A stretch of DNA of 64,000 nt. Source: Alphaproteobacteria bacterium (lineage in GTDB: Bacteria; Pseudomonadota; Alphaproteobacteria; Rs-D84). Of this stretch, positions 17,983 through 27,349 are shown one piece after another. The stretch is from contig JAGCYJ010000003.1 in assembly GCA_017960855.1 (NCBI GenBank), positions 4,686 to 68,685 of the forward strand, written 5' to 3'. The first letter of the stretch is position 1. Each line of letters starts with the position of its first letter. Below the pieces are notes generated by a model. The model was given only the letters and a program-made list of their open reading frames with translations, had not been told where the DNA came from and did no database searches. Position numbers and translations under genes: made by a program.

Positions 17983-19407
17983 ATGAATATTCAATTTTCA
18001 GATTTAATTGAAAATAGTCCACGTTCCCCCGGTGTCTATAAAATGTATGACCTGGACGGGAACCTGCTTTACGTGGGCAAGGCAAAAAACCTTAATTCCC
18101 GCCTTAAACAGTATCTGGACATATCAAAATTGGAACCACACAAACAAATCATGCGGACGCTGGTCGCGCGGGTTGAATGGGAAATCACACCTACGGAATC
18201 AGACGCACTTATTCGGGAACAGGAACTGATTAAGACCCAAAAACCAAAATATAACATTATGCTGACCGACGGGAAAATGTACCCGATGATTGCGTTGACC
18301 AATTCAAAATATCCGCGTCTGATGAAGTTTCGCGGCAAAATCACCCAACGGCGTGATGTTTTTGGCCCCTATCCGTCCGTTTCCGCATTGAACGCATCCA
18401 TCAAAACAATTCAAAAAGTTTGTGGACTGCGCACATGTACCGATACATTTATGCGCAATCGCGCACGACCATGCTTACTTTATCAAATTGGTCGTTGCAG
18501 CGGTCCATGTACAATCGCACAAAATGATTATAATGAACGCGTATCATTGGCACGAAGAATCTTGACTGGCGACAGCGAACCAATCATTGCCGATCTGAAG
18601 CGTGAAATGCAAAAATATTCCGCATCAATGGACTTTGAAAACGCGGCAATTTGTCGCGACAAAATTGCGGCACTTACCGGAACATCAAATCGTGGTATGC
18701 GCCGGAATCGTGCACATAGCGCAAATTCAAATTGGGATAAAAATGTATCAGAATTGGAAAAATGGCTGGGCATAAAAATAGAACTTGTCGGTGTATTTGA
18801 TAATTCTCACCTGTTCGGCACGAACCCAGTTGGTGCAATGATAACTTTCGGTCATAACGGCTTTGAAAAATCGGGCTATCGTCATTTCAAATTAAATGAC
18901 AAAAAACGTGCTGGCAACGATATCGCCATGATGGAAGAATTTGTTTCGCGTGCCGTGGCGCATGGTCCAAAAATGGATTTAATAATTGTTGATGGTGGCG
19001 TGGCACAATGGAATATCGCGCACAAGGTTGCCCCAGATATTCATATTCTGGGGGTAACCAAGGGCGAAGTCCGCAATGGTGACGAACACTTTATTATGCC
19101 GGACGGTTCCGTTTGTCGCAACTTGCCAAAAGATTCCCCACTATTTTTGATGCTGCGTGCCGTTCGTGACGAAGCACACAGGTTTGTAATCACATATCAT
19201 CGTACAACTCGTGCCAAGAAAATGACCGCATCGGTTCTGGATGAAATTGACGGTATCGGTCCAAAGCGCAAACATTTGTTGCTTACTCACTTTGGTTCGG
19301 TTCGTGCAATTATGGATGCAGATATGGATGCCCTGCGCCATGTCCCAGAATTAGGCGAAACGGGCGCAAAAAAAATATATGCATATTTCCATTCAGAAGT
19401 GTTATAA
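17983..19407 (+). CDS. uvrC: Excinuclease ABC subunit C (compact, 474 aa)
   Basis: GIY-YIG (PGVYKMYDLDGNLLYVGKAKNLNSRL), UVR motif (DFENAAICRDKIAAL), RNase-H-like endonuclease region and C-terminal HhH (IDGIGPKRKHLLLTHFGS). Confidence 0.9.
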   Translation: MNIQFSDLIENSPRSPGVYKMYDLDGNLLYVGKAKNLNSRLKQYLDISKLEPHKQIMRTLVARVEWEITPTESDALIREQELIKTQKPKYNIMLTDGKMYPMIALTNSKYPRLMKFRGKITQRRDVFGPYPSVSALNASIKTIQKVCGLRTCTDTFMRNRARPCLLYQIGRCSGPCTIAQNDYNERVSLARRILTGDSEPIIADLKREMQKYSASMDFENAAICRDKIAALTGTSNRGMRRNRAHSANSNWDKNVSELEKWLGIKIELVGVFDNSHLFGTNPVGAMITFGHNGFEKSGYRHFKLNDKKRAGNDIAMMEEFVSRAVAHGPKMDLIIVDGGVAQWNIAHKVAPDIHILGVTKGEVRNGDEHFIMPDGSVCRNLPKDSPLFLMLRAVRDEAHRFVITYHRTTRAKKMTASVLDEIDGIGPKRKHLLLTHFGSVRAIMDADMDALRHVPELGETGAKKIYAYFHSEVL

Positions 19408-19439
19408 TAAGGTCGTTCTATAAATAAAGGAGAAAAAAT

Positions 19440-20045
19440 ATGAAGTTCTTTGTTAATTTCTTATCCGCATTTCGTATCTTTACGTCATTTGCGATTATAC
19501 CGACACTGATGTTTCAAATGTATTGGACATCCTTGATATTGTTCGTATTGGCGGCATTAAGCGATTTCTTTGATGGATATCTGGCACGCAAATATGATGT
19601 ATGCACAAAAATCGGTGGTGTTATGGATCACATTGGTGATAAGTTGCTAGTTGTGAACACATTGATTATGTTGACTGTGATGATGCCGGTTTGGTTTATC
19701 GTTGTTCCTGTTATCATCTTGATTGCTCGTGAATTATATGTAAGTGGTCTGCGTGAATTCTTGGGAACGCAAAAAATTGAAATGCCGGTACCAAAGGCGC
19801 GTTTTTCAATGGGCAAAGTGAAAACATCTTTCCAAATGATAACTATCGTTGCTTTTTTGGGTCTGTTTGCATTAAGTACATTGGTCACCCCAGAAACGAT
19901 TTCTAAAAATTATCTGATTGCGATGAACTTGTTATCACAGATTGGAATTATCGGTTTGTGGATTTCATTGTTGGCATCTGTTTGGTCCGCAACACAATAC
20001 ACATTTACATTTGTTGAAAAGTTGAAAAAAGCAAAAAAGAAATAA
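19440..20045 (+). CDS. pgsA: CDP-diacylglycerol--glycerol-3-phosphate 3-phosphatidyltransferase
   Basis: CDP-alcohol phosphatidyltransferase motif DFFDGYLARK...GGVMDHIGDK. Multi-TM. Confidence 0.85.
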   Translation: MKFFVNFLSAFRIFTSFAIIPTLMFQMYWTSLILFVLAALSDFFDGYLARKYDVCTKIGGVMDHIGDKLLVVNTLIMLTVMMPVWFIVVPVIILIARELYVSGLREFLGTQKIEMPVPKARFSMGKVKTSFQMITIVAFLGLFALSTLVTPETISKNYLIAMNLLSQIGIIGLWISLLASVWSATQYTFTFVEKLKKAKKK

Positions 20046-20063
20046 GTATAAAAACACAACATT

Positions 20064-20109
20064 AAAAACGCGCTATATACACCGATTTCTGTATATAGCG
20101 CGTTTTTTA
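20064..20109. terminator. Bidirectional terminator, member of a conserved 14-bp-arm hairpin family (pgsA / dnaJ)
   Basis: AAAAACGCGCTATATAC, 10-nt loop, GTATATAGCGCGTTTTTTAT. Confidence 0.75.
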
Positions 20110-20127
20110 TTTGTATTTTATTACACC

Positions 20128-21255
20128 TTAAAACCAACCTTTTTTGGCTGATTTTGTTTCTGCAAATTCAGTCAAAATCTTTTTCTGTTTTTCGGTAAGT
20201 TTGCTTGGAATTGTTATTGCAATATCAATATACAAATCGCCATACGAATCGCTTCTGCGACCGGTCGGCATACCATGACCACGCACACGCAATTTCTCGC
20301 CAACTTGTGTACCTGCTGGAACTTTGACCGATAATTTTTTGTCGTCAATTGTTTCAATCTCTATTTCCCCGCCCAGCGCAAGTGTTGTAAATGGAACATC
20401 TGCGCGTGTAATCAAATCGGCACCATTACGTGCGAAACGCTTGTCTGGACGAATACGAACATCTAAATAGAAATCACCCGCTGGGGCCCCATTGGCGCCC
20501 GCTTCGCCTTGACCCGCCAAACGCAGACGCGCACCATCTTCTATTCCGGCAGGAATCTTGACATCAATACTGCGCGATTTATTCATCGCCCCCGTTCCGT
20601 CGCACGCAGTACATTTTTTATCAATCTTGTGCCCCAACCCATTGCAATCTGGGCATGGGGTTTCCACTGCAAAAAATCCTTGGCGCGCACGAACATAACC
20701 TGTTCCGCCACAACGCGTACATGTTGGTGCCGCCTTGCCGTCCGCGGTACCATACCCATGACATTTATCACATGCAACCTTGCTGGAAAAGTTGACGGTA
20801 TGTGTTGTACCGAAATAAGCATCTTTCAGGTCAATCACCACTTCGTCCAACAAATCGCGGCCGGCACGATTTTGTGTTGCCCCGCGACCACCGCCCATAT
20901 CAAACCCGAACCCGCGCATTGCTTCGCGTAAAATATCATCCATGCCGGCACCGCCGCCCATACCAAAGTGAAACGCACCATCACCAAATGGGTTGCCACC
21001 AAACCCCGCGCCCGCGGATGCACCATTACCACCGGCAAACGCCGCATCACCAAAACGGTCATAAGCCGCACGCTTTTGTGGATCTTTTAAAATATCAAAG
21101 GCGTTATTGACTTCCTTGAACTTTTCTTCGGCGGTTTTATCGCCCGGATTTTTATCCGGATGGTATTTCAGCACTAATTTATGGTAAGCCCGCTTGATAT
21201 CAGCGTCCGACGCATCACGCGCCACACCCAAAACTTCGTATGGATTTTTATTCAT
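20128..21255 (-). CDS. dnaJ: Molecular chaperone DnaJ
   Basis: J-domain with HPD (YHPDKNPGD), G/F-rich region, and four CxxCxGxG zinc motifs. Confidence 0.95.
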   Translation of the reverse strand: MNKNPYEVLGVARDASDADIKRAYHKLVLKYHPDKNPGDKTAEEKFKEVNNAFDILKDPQKRAAYDRFGDAAFAGGNGASAGAGFGGNPFGDGAFHFGMGGGAGMDDILREAMRGFGFDMGGGRGATQNRAGRDLLDEVVIDLKDAYFGTTHTVNFSSKVACDKCHGYGTADGKAAPTCTRCGGTGYVRARQGFFAVETPCPDCNGLGHKIDKKCTACDGTGAMNKSRSIDVKIPAGIEDGARLRLAGQGEAGANGAPAGDFYLDVRIRPDKRFARNGADLITRADVPFTTLALGGEIEIETIDDKKLSVKVPAGTQVGEKLRVRGHGMPTGRRSDSYGDLYIDIAITIPSKLTEKQKKILTEFAETKSAKKGWF

Positions 21256-21287
21256 TTTTTACGTCCGTAAATCTTTCTTTGGCTAAA

Positions 21288-21315
21288 ATATAGGGCATAA
21301 AACCAGAAAATCAAG
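21288..21315 (-). promoter_or_regulatory. Sigma32 (RpoH)-type heat-shock promoter for dnaJ
   Basis: Minus strand reads CTTGATT, 13-nt spacer, CCCTATAT. This is close to the consensus CTTGAA-N13-14-CCCCATNT. Confidence 0.5.
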
Positions 21316-21408
21316 CCCCCTGCTCTAATAAAAAAGCCCAAATATTAGCCAAAAATGCAATTTTTTCGTTTGCACAAAATCAAATAATGTTCTAATAATA
21401 TAGGCGTT

Positions 21409-23388
21409 ATGGTTGAAAAAAATACACACACATATGACGCGTCTGATATCCAGGTCCTTGAGGGGCTGGAACCTGTTCGTCTGCGCCCTGGCATGTATAT
21501 TGGCGGCACGGATGAAAAGGCGTGGCATCATTTGCCGGTTGAAATCTTGGACAATTCCATTGACGAAGCGGTCGCCGGCTTTGCCAAGAAGATCTCTGTG
21601 GAACTGATTGACGCGAAAACCATTGAAATCACCGACGACGGTCGTGGTATTCCGGTTGATGAACACCCAAAATACCCTGGCAAATCCGCGTTAGAGGTTA
21701 TTTTAACCACTCTGCATTCGGGCGGTAAGTTTAACAATAATGTATATAAGACCAGTGGCGGTCTGCACGGTGTGGGCTCTGCGGTTGTGAACGCGTTGTC
21801 GCAAGAGATGATTGTGACTATTTCACGCGACGGCTATGAATGGCACCAGACCTTTTCCCGCGGTATCGCAACCAGCCCGATAAGTCGTGGCGCCGCGACC
21901 AAGGCACATGGTACCAAAATCCGCTTTACATTGGACGATGACATTTTCGGCGCAAATGCGGTATTCAAACCTATCAAGATTTATCGTATGGCGCGTGCCA
22001 AGGCGTTTCTGTCGCGTGGCGTCAAAATTGATTGGCGGTGCAATCCGTCATTATTGACCGACGACATGGGAATACCCGCCACCACAACATTTTATTATGC
22101 AAATGGTGTTGCGGACTTCTTGGCAGAAAAAACCGACACATCGCCCAAGATTTTGCCCCGTATATTCAGTGGCACCGTTGATTTCCCAGATGATGCTGGT
22201 CGTGTTGAATGGGCACTTACCATATTGACCGACGAAAATGGTGCGGCATCCGACGACGGGTTCTTTGCATCATACTGTAACACGATTGCGACCATTGACG
22301 GCGGCACCCACGAATCTGGATTTAAATCTGCTATTACCAAGGGGATCAAGGCATACGGCGAAAAAGTCAACAACAAGGCCGCAGCCAACATCATTGGTGA
22401 AGATGTTTTTGATTCCGTTGCGGCGATTGTGTCTGTGTTCTATAAAACACCACAGTTTTTGGGTCAGACCAAGGAAAAATTATCCAACCCAGAAATCGCA
22501 CGTTATACCGAAAACGCGCTACGCGACCCATGGGAAATGTTTTTGGCGTCGGACCCCAAGACCGCAAATGCTATTCTGGACTTTGTCATCAATTTGGCGA
22601 ACGCCCGTATCAAAACGAAACAGGTAAAGGAAATCGCCCGCAAAACCCCGACCAAGCGCGCACGTATGCCGGCGAAATTGGCGGACTGTTCCAAGCATGG
22701 TGTTGACGGAACCGAACTGTTTATTGTTGAGGGCGAATCCGCCGGTGGCACCGCGAAACAGGCACGCGATCGCGCAACCCAGGCAATTATGCCCCTGCGT
22801 GGCAAGGTGTTAAATGTTATGTCCAATTCCGACGAACGCTTTAACGCGAACAAGGAATTGAACGAACTTATTGATATTATCGGTGCTGGCACTGCGAAGG
22901 ATTGGGATGACACAAAACTGCGTTATGAAAAAATAATCGTCATGACTGATGCCGATGTTGACGGTTCGCATATTGCATCACTGCTGATGGCATTTTTCTA
23001 TCAGTATATGCCTCAACTGATTTATGGGGGACACTTATATCTGTCTTGCCCTCCACTTTATAAACTGACCTGTGGGACCGAATCGATTTATGTTGATTCT
23101 GACGAAGAATTAGAAGAATTAAAGAACGGCAAATACAAAAACAAGCGGGTTGAGATTTCGCGATTCAAAGGGCTTGGTGAAATGATGCCTAATCAGTTGA
23201 AAGAGACCACCATGTCACCAAAGACACGTCGTTTAATCCGTGTTGATTTGCCGCCAAAGACCGATGACGGAATGGAAGATACGGAAAAAACACGCACAAT
23301 CGTTTCTGAACTTATGGGTAAAAAGCCAGAGTTCCGATTCCGCTTCATTACCGAACACGCCCAGTTTGTGAAAGATTTGTTTGTTTAA
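21409..23388 (+). CDS. parE: DNA topoisomerase IV subunit B
   Basis: GHKL ATPase (EILDNSIDEA, DDGRGIP) and Toprim (EGESAGG, MTDADVDGSHI). A length of 659 aa fits ParE rather than GyrB (about 800 aa). Confidence 0.8.
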   Translation: MVEKNTHTYDASDIQVLEGLEPVRLRPGMYIGGTDEKAWHHLPVEILDNSIDEAVAGFAKKISVELIDAKTIEITDDGRGIPVDEHPKYPGKSALEVILTTLHSGGKFNNNVYKTSGGLHGVGSAVVNALSQEMIVTISRDGYEWHQTFSRGIATSPISRGAATKAHGTKIRFTLDDDIFGANAVFKPIKIYRMARAKAFLSRGVKIDWRCNPSLLTDDMGIPATTTFYYANGVADFLAEKTDTSPKILPRIFSGTVDFPDDAGRVEWALTILTDENGAASDDGFFASYCNTIATIDGGTHESGFKSAITKGIKAYGEKVNNKAAANIIGEDVFDSVAAIVSVFYKTPQFLGQTKEKLSNPEIARYTENALRDPWEMFLASDPKTANAILDFVINLANARIKTKQVKEIARKTPTKRARMPAKLADCSKHGVDGTELFIVEGESAGGTAKQARDRATQAIMPLRGKVLNVMSNSDERFNANKELNELIDIIGAGTAKDWDDTKLRYEKIIVMTDADVDGSHIASLLMAFFYQYMPQLIYGGHLYLSCPPLYKLTCGTESIYVDSDEELEELKNGKYKNKRVEISRFKGLGEMMPNQLKETTMSPKTRRLIRVDLPPKTDDGMEDTEKTRTIVSELMGKKPEFRFRFITEHAQFVKDLFV

Positions 23389-23415
23389 AAAAAACCGCCC
23401 AAACGGGCGGTTTTA
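23387..23415. terminator. Bidirectional terminator (parE / 23417..24466)
   Basis: A-run, AACCGCCC-AAAC-GGGCGGTT, T-run. Confidence 0.7.
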
Positions 23416-23416
23416 A

Positions 23417-24466
23417 CTAGCGAATTCCAACCGTAAATTCATCGCCCCATTCGGCAACCTTTTGACCGCCGATTGTGCATTGAATATCTTCAAAACCTTT
23501 CTTGACCTGATTCTTTTTAACCAGGTGGCTGGTTATCAAACCGCCGGCGGTACCCAACACAACACCCGCAATAGAATCCGATGCAAGACGCGCGGTATTA
23601 AACTTGCCTTCGGCATTTCTCCAAACAGAAGTCGTCAGCCCCAGTTTGCTACGTGTTTCCTTTAACCGTGCATAAGCGGCATCAACAGAAATACCCTCGG
23701 CTGCAGGAACATTAATTTGAACTTCTGGGTGTTCTTTCCTTATTTTGTTTATTTGAACCGCCAATTGAGATAAATAATATGCATATTCTTCAGCCCATTC
23801 TCCTGTCAACAAATCGCCTTCATTGGCACAAATTTTGCTCAATTCCTTAAACGCGTCATCCAAAGCGGCTTTTTCCGGCCCATCATAATTTTTAAGATCA
23901 TTCTGCAAAGTAGCAATATTCTGCATTACTTCATTATCGCAGGTCGGCAAAAACCAAATGACATAAATATCAACCGACCGATGTTCTGGATTATTCATAT
24001 TTTCAAACGGTTCCGCATCTGAAGACCCTGATACATATTTTTCTGCGAATCCGGCTCCTTGCTCACTCCAACCGTTTTCATAAAATAACATATGCACATA
24101 ATCCGCACGTTTCTGTGCTAAACCTCTATTATCATAGCTATTACTGGTTCCCTGTTTATCCGCCATACCAATCATAACAATCCTTGCAACGGACTCTATA
24201 TTCTTGGCTAAATCTTGTGATATCTCCTTATAATAATCTTCACAACCTGTATGTGCTTCAGAACTAGCAGTATCAAAATATATTCTTGCAAATGAATATG
24301 GCGCCCCCTGAAAATATCTGGGATGATCGTAGTCCGGCGAAGAACGATCTATTATTTCATCAACACGCGCACAAACAAAATCACCACTTTTATATTCTTT
24401 CGGTTCCGCTATTGCGCCGCATGTGATGCCAACAAATGCCAAAACGACCAATAATAATTTCTTCAT
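23417..24466 (-). CDS. Exported OmpA-like-domain protein with helical region and C-terminal glycine-zipper segment
   Basis: Signal peptide MKKLLLVVLAFVGITCGAIA. OmpA_C-like block IVMIGMADKQGTSNSYDNRGLAQKRADYV...HRSVDIYV. C-terminal IAGVVLGTAGGLITS. Confidence 0.5.
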   Translation of the reverse strand: MKKLLLVVLAFVGITCGAIAEPKEYKSGDFVCARVDEIIDRSSPDYDHPRYFQGAPYSFARIYFDTASSEAHTGCEDYYKEISQDLAKNIESVARIVMIGMADKQGTSNSYDNRGLAQKRADYVHMLFYENGWSEQGAGFAEKYVSGSSDAEPFENMNNPEHRSVDIYVIWFLPTCDNEVMQNIATLQNDLKNYDGPEKAALDDAFKELSKICANEGDLLTGEWAEEYAYYLSQLAVQINKIRKEHPEVQINVPAAEGISVDAAYARLKETRSKLGLTTSVWRNAEGKFNTARLASDSIAGVVLGTAGGLITSHLVKKNQVKKGFEDIQCTIGGQKVAEWGDEFTVGIR

Positions 24467-24548
24467 GATTCTCTCCCTTCCATAGTCGGAATTACACTTT
24501 TACTATATTTTATCATATTTTCGGCTTTGTTCCAAATAGAAACTAAAA

Positions 24549-24576
24549 TAAAAATCCGGCAAACGCCGGATTTTTA
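24549..24576 (-). terminator. Terminator after dnaA
   Basis: ATCCGGC-AAAC-GCCGGAT flanked by A/T runs. Confidence 0.6.
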
Positions 24577-24602
24577 CAACAACCAAAACAAGAAAGAAAA
24601 CT

Positions 24603-25871
24603 TTATTTATATTCCGCAATCATTTCATTGATTTGCGCATTTAACACCAAATCAGATGATAACTGCTTTTCAATTTGTTTTATCGCATACATAACCGTTG
24701 CATGATCACGACCACCAACATACTGACCAATTTCCGACAGTGATAATTTTGTTGCACCCTTTAATACAACCATCATTGTCTGACGAGCCAAGACCAATGA
24801 ACGATTGCGACCCGAACCACAAACCGCATCATATGATACACCCAATTTTTCGCACATATCGCGAACCATTGTGATCGGTGTTTTTGATTTCTTTAATGTG
24901 TCTGCCAACAAATGTTCCGCAACATCCATTGTTATGTTTGTGTTCATAAGTTCGGCAAACGCCTTTATCTTGGTGGCAACACCGGCAACCATGTGACCGT
25001 CCGCCGCAATACGCCCCGCCAACGCAGTTGCAATATCGGTTGGCACCCCCGCACGCATCAAGATTACACGTTTTACATCATCTGTTGGTGCAACAACATC
25101 TGCAACCAAGCCCGATGCAAATAACGATTGTGCGCGACGATCAAACCCAGTCAAATTGTTTGGTGTTGTTGTGGACGTCAAAACAATATTCTTGCCGGCA
25201 TTACGTAAGTCAATAACCAACTGCATAAATTCGTCCATCGTTGCACGCTTGCCGGCCAAGGCATTAACATCATCTAAAATAAAGGTATCACAATTACGGC
25301 AGAAATCTTTGAACGCGAAAATCTTGCCTTCACGCAAACTGCGCGTGAATTCAGAAACAAATCCACCGCCCGTCATCATAACAACGCGACCCGCCGATGC
25401 ATCACGAATACACCGCGCCAACAAAGTTTTACCACAACCCGGCGCACCGTAAATAAACAGCGGGCTAAATGAAACCGCACCCGCTGCAACCTTTTTACAT
25501 GCCGACAAAACAAAAGTGTTTTCCGCACATGATACAAATGCGTCAAACGCACACAAATCACACGCCGTTTGCACTGGTGTATATTTTTGAACAGAATTGT
25601 CATTTGCAATTGGTGTTGCAACCGCACCACGTACACATATATTTAATGCCAAACCGTATTCATTCGCAACCGCAGACAAAACGCCCGCATGTACTGATTT
25701 AATAAAGTCAGCCGAGAACTGATTCTGGGCAGACAATACCAATGTGTTATCAACAATCTGAAAGTTAAGTGGCGCAATCCAAGAAGTGAAACTAGCAGAA
25801 TCCATTTTTGCGGCGATGGCCCCCCGGATAGCATCCAAGTTAGTCATTTGTTTTGTTGCCGCTGTCTGCAT
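24603..25871 (-). CDS. dnaA: Chromosomal replication initiator DnaA
   Basis: AAA+ Walker A GAPGCGKT, Walker B FILDDV, and C-terminal HTH (LSLSEIGQYVGGRDHATVMYAIKQIE). Confidence 0.9.
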   Translation of the reverse strand: MQTAATKQMTNLDAIRGAIAAKMDSASFTSWIAPLNFQIVDNTLVLSAQNQFSADFIKSVHAGVLSAVANEYGLALNICVRGAVATPIANDNSVQKYTPVQTACDLCAFDAFVSCAENTFVLSACKKVAAGAVSFSPLFIYGAPGCGKTLLARCIRDASAGRVVMMTGGGFVSEFTRSLREGKIFAFKDFCRNCDTFILDDVNALAGKRATMDEFMQLVIDLRNAGKNIVLTSTTTPNNLTGFDRRAQSLFASGLVADVVAPTDDVKRVILMRAGVPTDIATALAGRIAADGHMVAGVATKIKAFAELMNTNITMDVAEHLLADTLKKSKTPITMVRDMCEKLGVSYDAVCGSGRNRSLVLARQTMMVVLKGATKLSLSEIGQYVGGRDHATVMYAIKQIEKQLSSDLVLNAQINEMIAEYK

Positions 25872-25989
25872 GTCGTTTCTCCTTTCCTTCCCTAAAAGAG
25901 TTTCCTGCCCGTGCGAAAGTGAGTATAAAAGTCACCTGCACATAAACGCCAAATTTTTCCGTTTTTGAAAAAATTTAGTGTTTATGTTT

Positions 25990-26231
25990 GCCCTACTTAT
26001 TTATATCTCTCTCGCGTTCTGGGGTGTCAATTTATCATCTGATATTCTGCCGCCCCACCTGGATGATTGATGTTTGGATCAATCGTTTGGATTACAGAAA
26101 ACAATTTATAAGATAATTTTTCATTTGCAAATAAATCTTGATAAAAAATCAAACATTTATTTTTTGACAACGATTCGTTTTTTCGCCTGTTTTCTGCGCT
26201 TTGTATATACACTGTATATACAAGAAAAGAA
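25990..26231. other. Candidate replication origin region (weak DnaA-box-like repeats plus AT-rich tract)
   Basis: Three TGGAT-core sites: CCTGGATGA (26059), TTTGGATCA (26073) and TTTGGATTA (26086). The reverse complement of the second, TGATCCAAA, matches the Caulobacter G-box TGATCCACA at 8 of 9 positions. An AT-rich stretch of about 100 nt follows, and then tandem TGTATATACA x2 (about 26205-26226). Confidence 0.3.
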
Positions 26232-27257
26232 TCATAATTTGATGTACCCACCATCCACTTTTTTTATGATTCCGCGCAATTCCAGGACAACTAAATCGCG
26301 TTTAATTTCCGAAATACTTTTTTTGACAATTTGTGTCAATACAGATTCGGACACTGGAATTGTTCCTAACTTATCCAAAATGTCATTTTCTGATTCGGAA
26401 TTCGTTCCTTCTTTTTTCGATTCAGATGATGCTTTTTTGTCGTCACCATAAAAATCACCTGTCCCCATACACAGTTTTGCGTCACCACTGGCAATAAGCG
26501 AATTCGGTCCTGCCGCGCGCGAATCCGCCGGATGCGATGGGATTGCCCATAATTCCCGATTCATTTCAATTGCGAATCGGGCGGTCGTCATACTGCCGGA
26601 CTTTAAATCTGCTTCGCCCAAAATCAACTTTTCCGCGATACCCGCAATCCAACGATTTCGCTGAACGAAGTTATTTCCGTTGGGAACAAAACCGACGGGC
26701 ATTTCACTTATTATCGCGCCACGTTCTGCTATCTCGTAATACAACGATTCGTTTTCCAATGGCCATATATAATCTGCACCGCCCCCCAGAACCGCAATTG
26801 TCTGCGTATTTCCGGCTGCGCGCAGTGCGCCCCGATGTGCCGCCGAATCGGTTCCGATTGCCATGCCGGACACCACCGCAACACCACGCGATGCGAATTC
26901 GCACGCTAATTCAGACACAAACCCCATACCCGCCGCCGTTGCATGTCGCGTTCCGACAATTCCAATCGTACGGCAACGCAAAGTTTCCAGATTGCCGCAT
27001 GCCGTAATAACCGGCGGATGATTCTTTATTTGTTGCAATGCGTTTGGATACAAATCATCTGTATCAGATATATATGTAATCTTTTTTGCCACCGCATTTT
27101 CCATTTCCCGCGAAACAGAATCACGCAATTCATCGGTTGCCCCAATGGCATCCACCACTGCATCAACCGAACCAAACTTTGAAACCAATTCGTTATATTT
27201 GGCCGGACCGATTCGTGGTGTTCGCAAAATTAATAACTTATTAAATATATCTGACAT
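26232..27257 (-). CDS. dprA: DNA-processing protein DprA (Smf)
   Basis: Rossmann-like core IVGTRHATAAGMGFVSELACEFASRGVAVVSGMAIGTDSAAHRGAL, plus a C-terminal winged-helix-like tail. Confidence 0.9.
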   Translation of the reverse strand: MSDIFNKLLILRTPRIGPAKYNELVSKFGSVDAVVDAIGATDELRDSVSREMENAVAKKITYISDTDDLYPNALQQIKNHPPVITACGNLETLRCRTIGIVGTRHATAAGMGFVSELACEFASRGVAVVSGMAIGTDSAAHRGALRAAGNTQTIAVLGGGADYIWPLENESLYYEIAERGAIISEMPVGFVPNGNNFVQRNRWIAGIAEKLILGEADLKSGSMTTARFAIEMNRELWAIPSHPADSRAAGPNSLIASGDAKLCMGTGDFYGDDKKASSESKKEGTNSESENDILDKLGTIPVSESVLTQIVKKSISEIKRDLVVLELRGIIKKVDGGYIKL

Positions 27258-27308
27258 ACGCGGATTATATGGCGTTTATGCATAAACAGCAATCAAAATA
27301 AATCGCAC

Positions 27309-27339
27309 AAAAAAATGCGCCATTCGGCGCATTTTTTTA
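27309..27339 (-). terminator. Terminator after 27350..28174
   Basis: A7, ATGCGCC-ATTC-GGCGCAT, T7. Confidence 0.7.
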
Positions 27340-27349
27340 ATCTATGCAT

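Noticed and set aside
17983-19407. UvrC as a truncated gene or pseudogene (474 aa versus about 600 aa)
   Set aside because: The GIY-YIG, UVR, endonuclease and HhH segments are all present in one frame. Only the inter-domain linker is short, which is consistent with general genome compaction.
21409-23388. Calling this type II topoisomerase B subunit GyrB
   Set aside because: A length of 659 aa without the GyrB-specific C-terminal insertion fits ParE better. It remains a by-eye call.
26027-26254. 75-aa minus-strand ORF and 125-aa plus-strand ORF in the dnaA-dprA gap
   Set aside because: No RBS and low-complexity AT-driven sequence. The region is better explained as non-coding (candidate origin or promoters).
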